Positions 63,751 to 64,000 of a stretch of 64,000 nucleotides of DNA are shown here, one piece after another; the stretch's first letter is position 1; each line of letters starts with the position of its first letter. The DNA comes from Bacteroidota bacterium (GTDB lineage: Bacteria; Bacteroidota; Bacteroidia; Bacteroidales; JAAUTT01). The translations under genes were made by a program, and so were the position numbers. The notes beneath the pieces are model-generated. The model had not been told where the DNA came from, did no database searches, and was given only the letters and a program-made list of their open reading frames with translations. The DNA is taken from positions 38,974 to 102,973 of the forward strand of contig JAJYAG010000002.1 of the NCBI GenBank assembly GCA_021779665.1, read 5' to 3'.

Positions 63751-64000
63751 ATGGACTTTGGAGCGATTATAATTTTTGTCGTGGTTATGTTAGTGAGTCT
63801 AATCATAAGCCAGACCCTGAAATCTAAATTTAAAAAGTACTCTCAGGTTCGCATGAACCATGGAATGACCGGAAAGGATGTGGCAGAAAAAATGTTGCGC
63901 GATAACGGAATTTACGATGTATCAGTTTTAGCAGTAGAGGGCAGTTTGACCGACCATTACAATCCTGCCAATAAAACTGTTAATCTGAGCCGCGATGTTT
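63751..64000 (+). CDS. YugP-like putative neutral zinc metallopeptidase (5' part; runs off the window)
   Basis: My own translation: MDFGAIIIFVVVMLVSLIISQTLKSKFKKYSQVRMNHGMTGKDVAEKMLRDNGIYDVSVLAVEGSLTDHYNPANKTVNLSRDV. It matches the N-terminal pattern of the Zn_peptidase_2/YugP family as I recall it. This ORF is not in the ORF track because it is open-ended. Confidence 0.65.
   Translation, partial: MDFGAIIIFVVVMLVSLIISQTLKSKFKKYSQVRMNHGMTGKDVAEKMLRDNGIYDVSVLAVEGSLTDHYNPANKTVNLSRDV

Noticed and set aside
1-64000. Mobile elements, prophage, defence systems, and tRNA or rRNA genes.
   Set aside because: No transposase, integrase, phage-structural, restriction, Cas or toxin-like ORFs were found in the six-frame track. 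No tRNA-like or rRNA-like sequence was seen in the intergenic gaps on visual inspection.

Overview
This window looks like a Bacteroidota (Bacteroidia-type) chromosome segment. All calls come from reading the translated ORFs and the DNA by eye; no searches were run.

**Layout**
- **145-25812:** a large plus-strand polysaccharide-utilisation locus. It holds an ECF sigma factor, a FecR anti-sigma factor, a SusC-like receptor with an STN domain, a SusD-like protein, GH10, two GH3, a double beta-helix/SMP-30 fusion, CBM6, a DUF362-like protein, a secreted TIM-barrel isomerase, GH2, a clan GH-A-like hydrolase and a TolB-like propeller. A Tat-exported Gfo/Idh/MocA oxidoreductase sits just upstream.
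- **25813-26420:** about 600 nt of non-coding sequence with hairpins.
- **26421-32603:** an SGNH esterase, rhaD, a TonB-dependent receptor with no SusD partner, an AraC regulator and a secreted HEXXH protein.
- **37755-43785:** a minus-strand cluster of a NUDIX/NrtR-like regulator, an acyltransferase, a GalU-like enzyme and a 1112-aa fucokinase-like/UDPGP fusion.
- **43975-50763:** a block in which 3 of 4 genes are disrupted (two GH3 and a BlaR1-TonB gene).
- **50760-64000:** housekeeping genes: blaI, carA, a thioredoxin-like protein, DUF2723, SUI1, an M1 aminopeptidase and a partial YugP-like peptidase.

**Most interesting locus (32745-36597, near the window centre)**
- Three ORFs are joined by overlapping stop/start codons.
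- The first is a 526-aa DUF2207-like membrane protein. Its predicted cytoplasmic C-terminus ends in CHDA(CHSA)6CVSGGSH, with a Cys at every 4th residue.
- The six CHSA units are identical as protein, but each is written with a different set of synonymous codons.
- The second is a radical-SAM/SPASM enzyme with an N-terminal PqqD-like recognition domain.
- The third is an uncharacterised 4-TM protein.
- This looks like a RiPP-type maturase acting on the tail of a large membrane protein. I do not recognise it as a described system.

**Other notable point**
- An exactly 21-nt-phased degenerate tandem array lies at 61251-61502.

No rRNA, tRNA, CRISPR array, transposase or integrase was seen.
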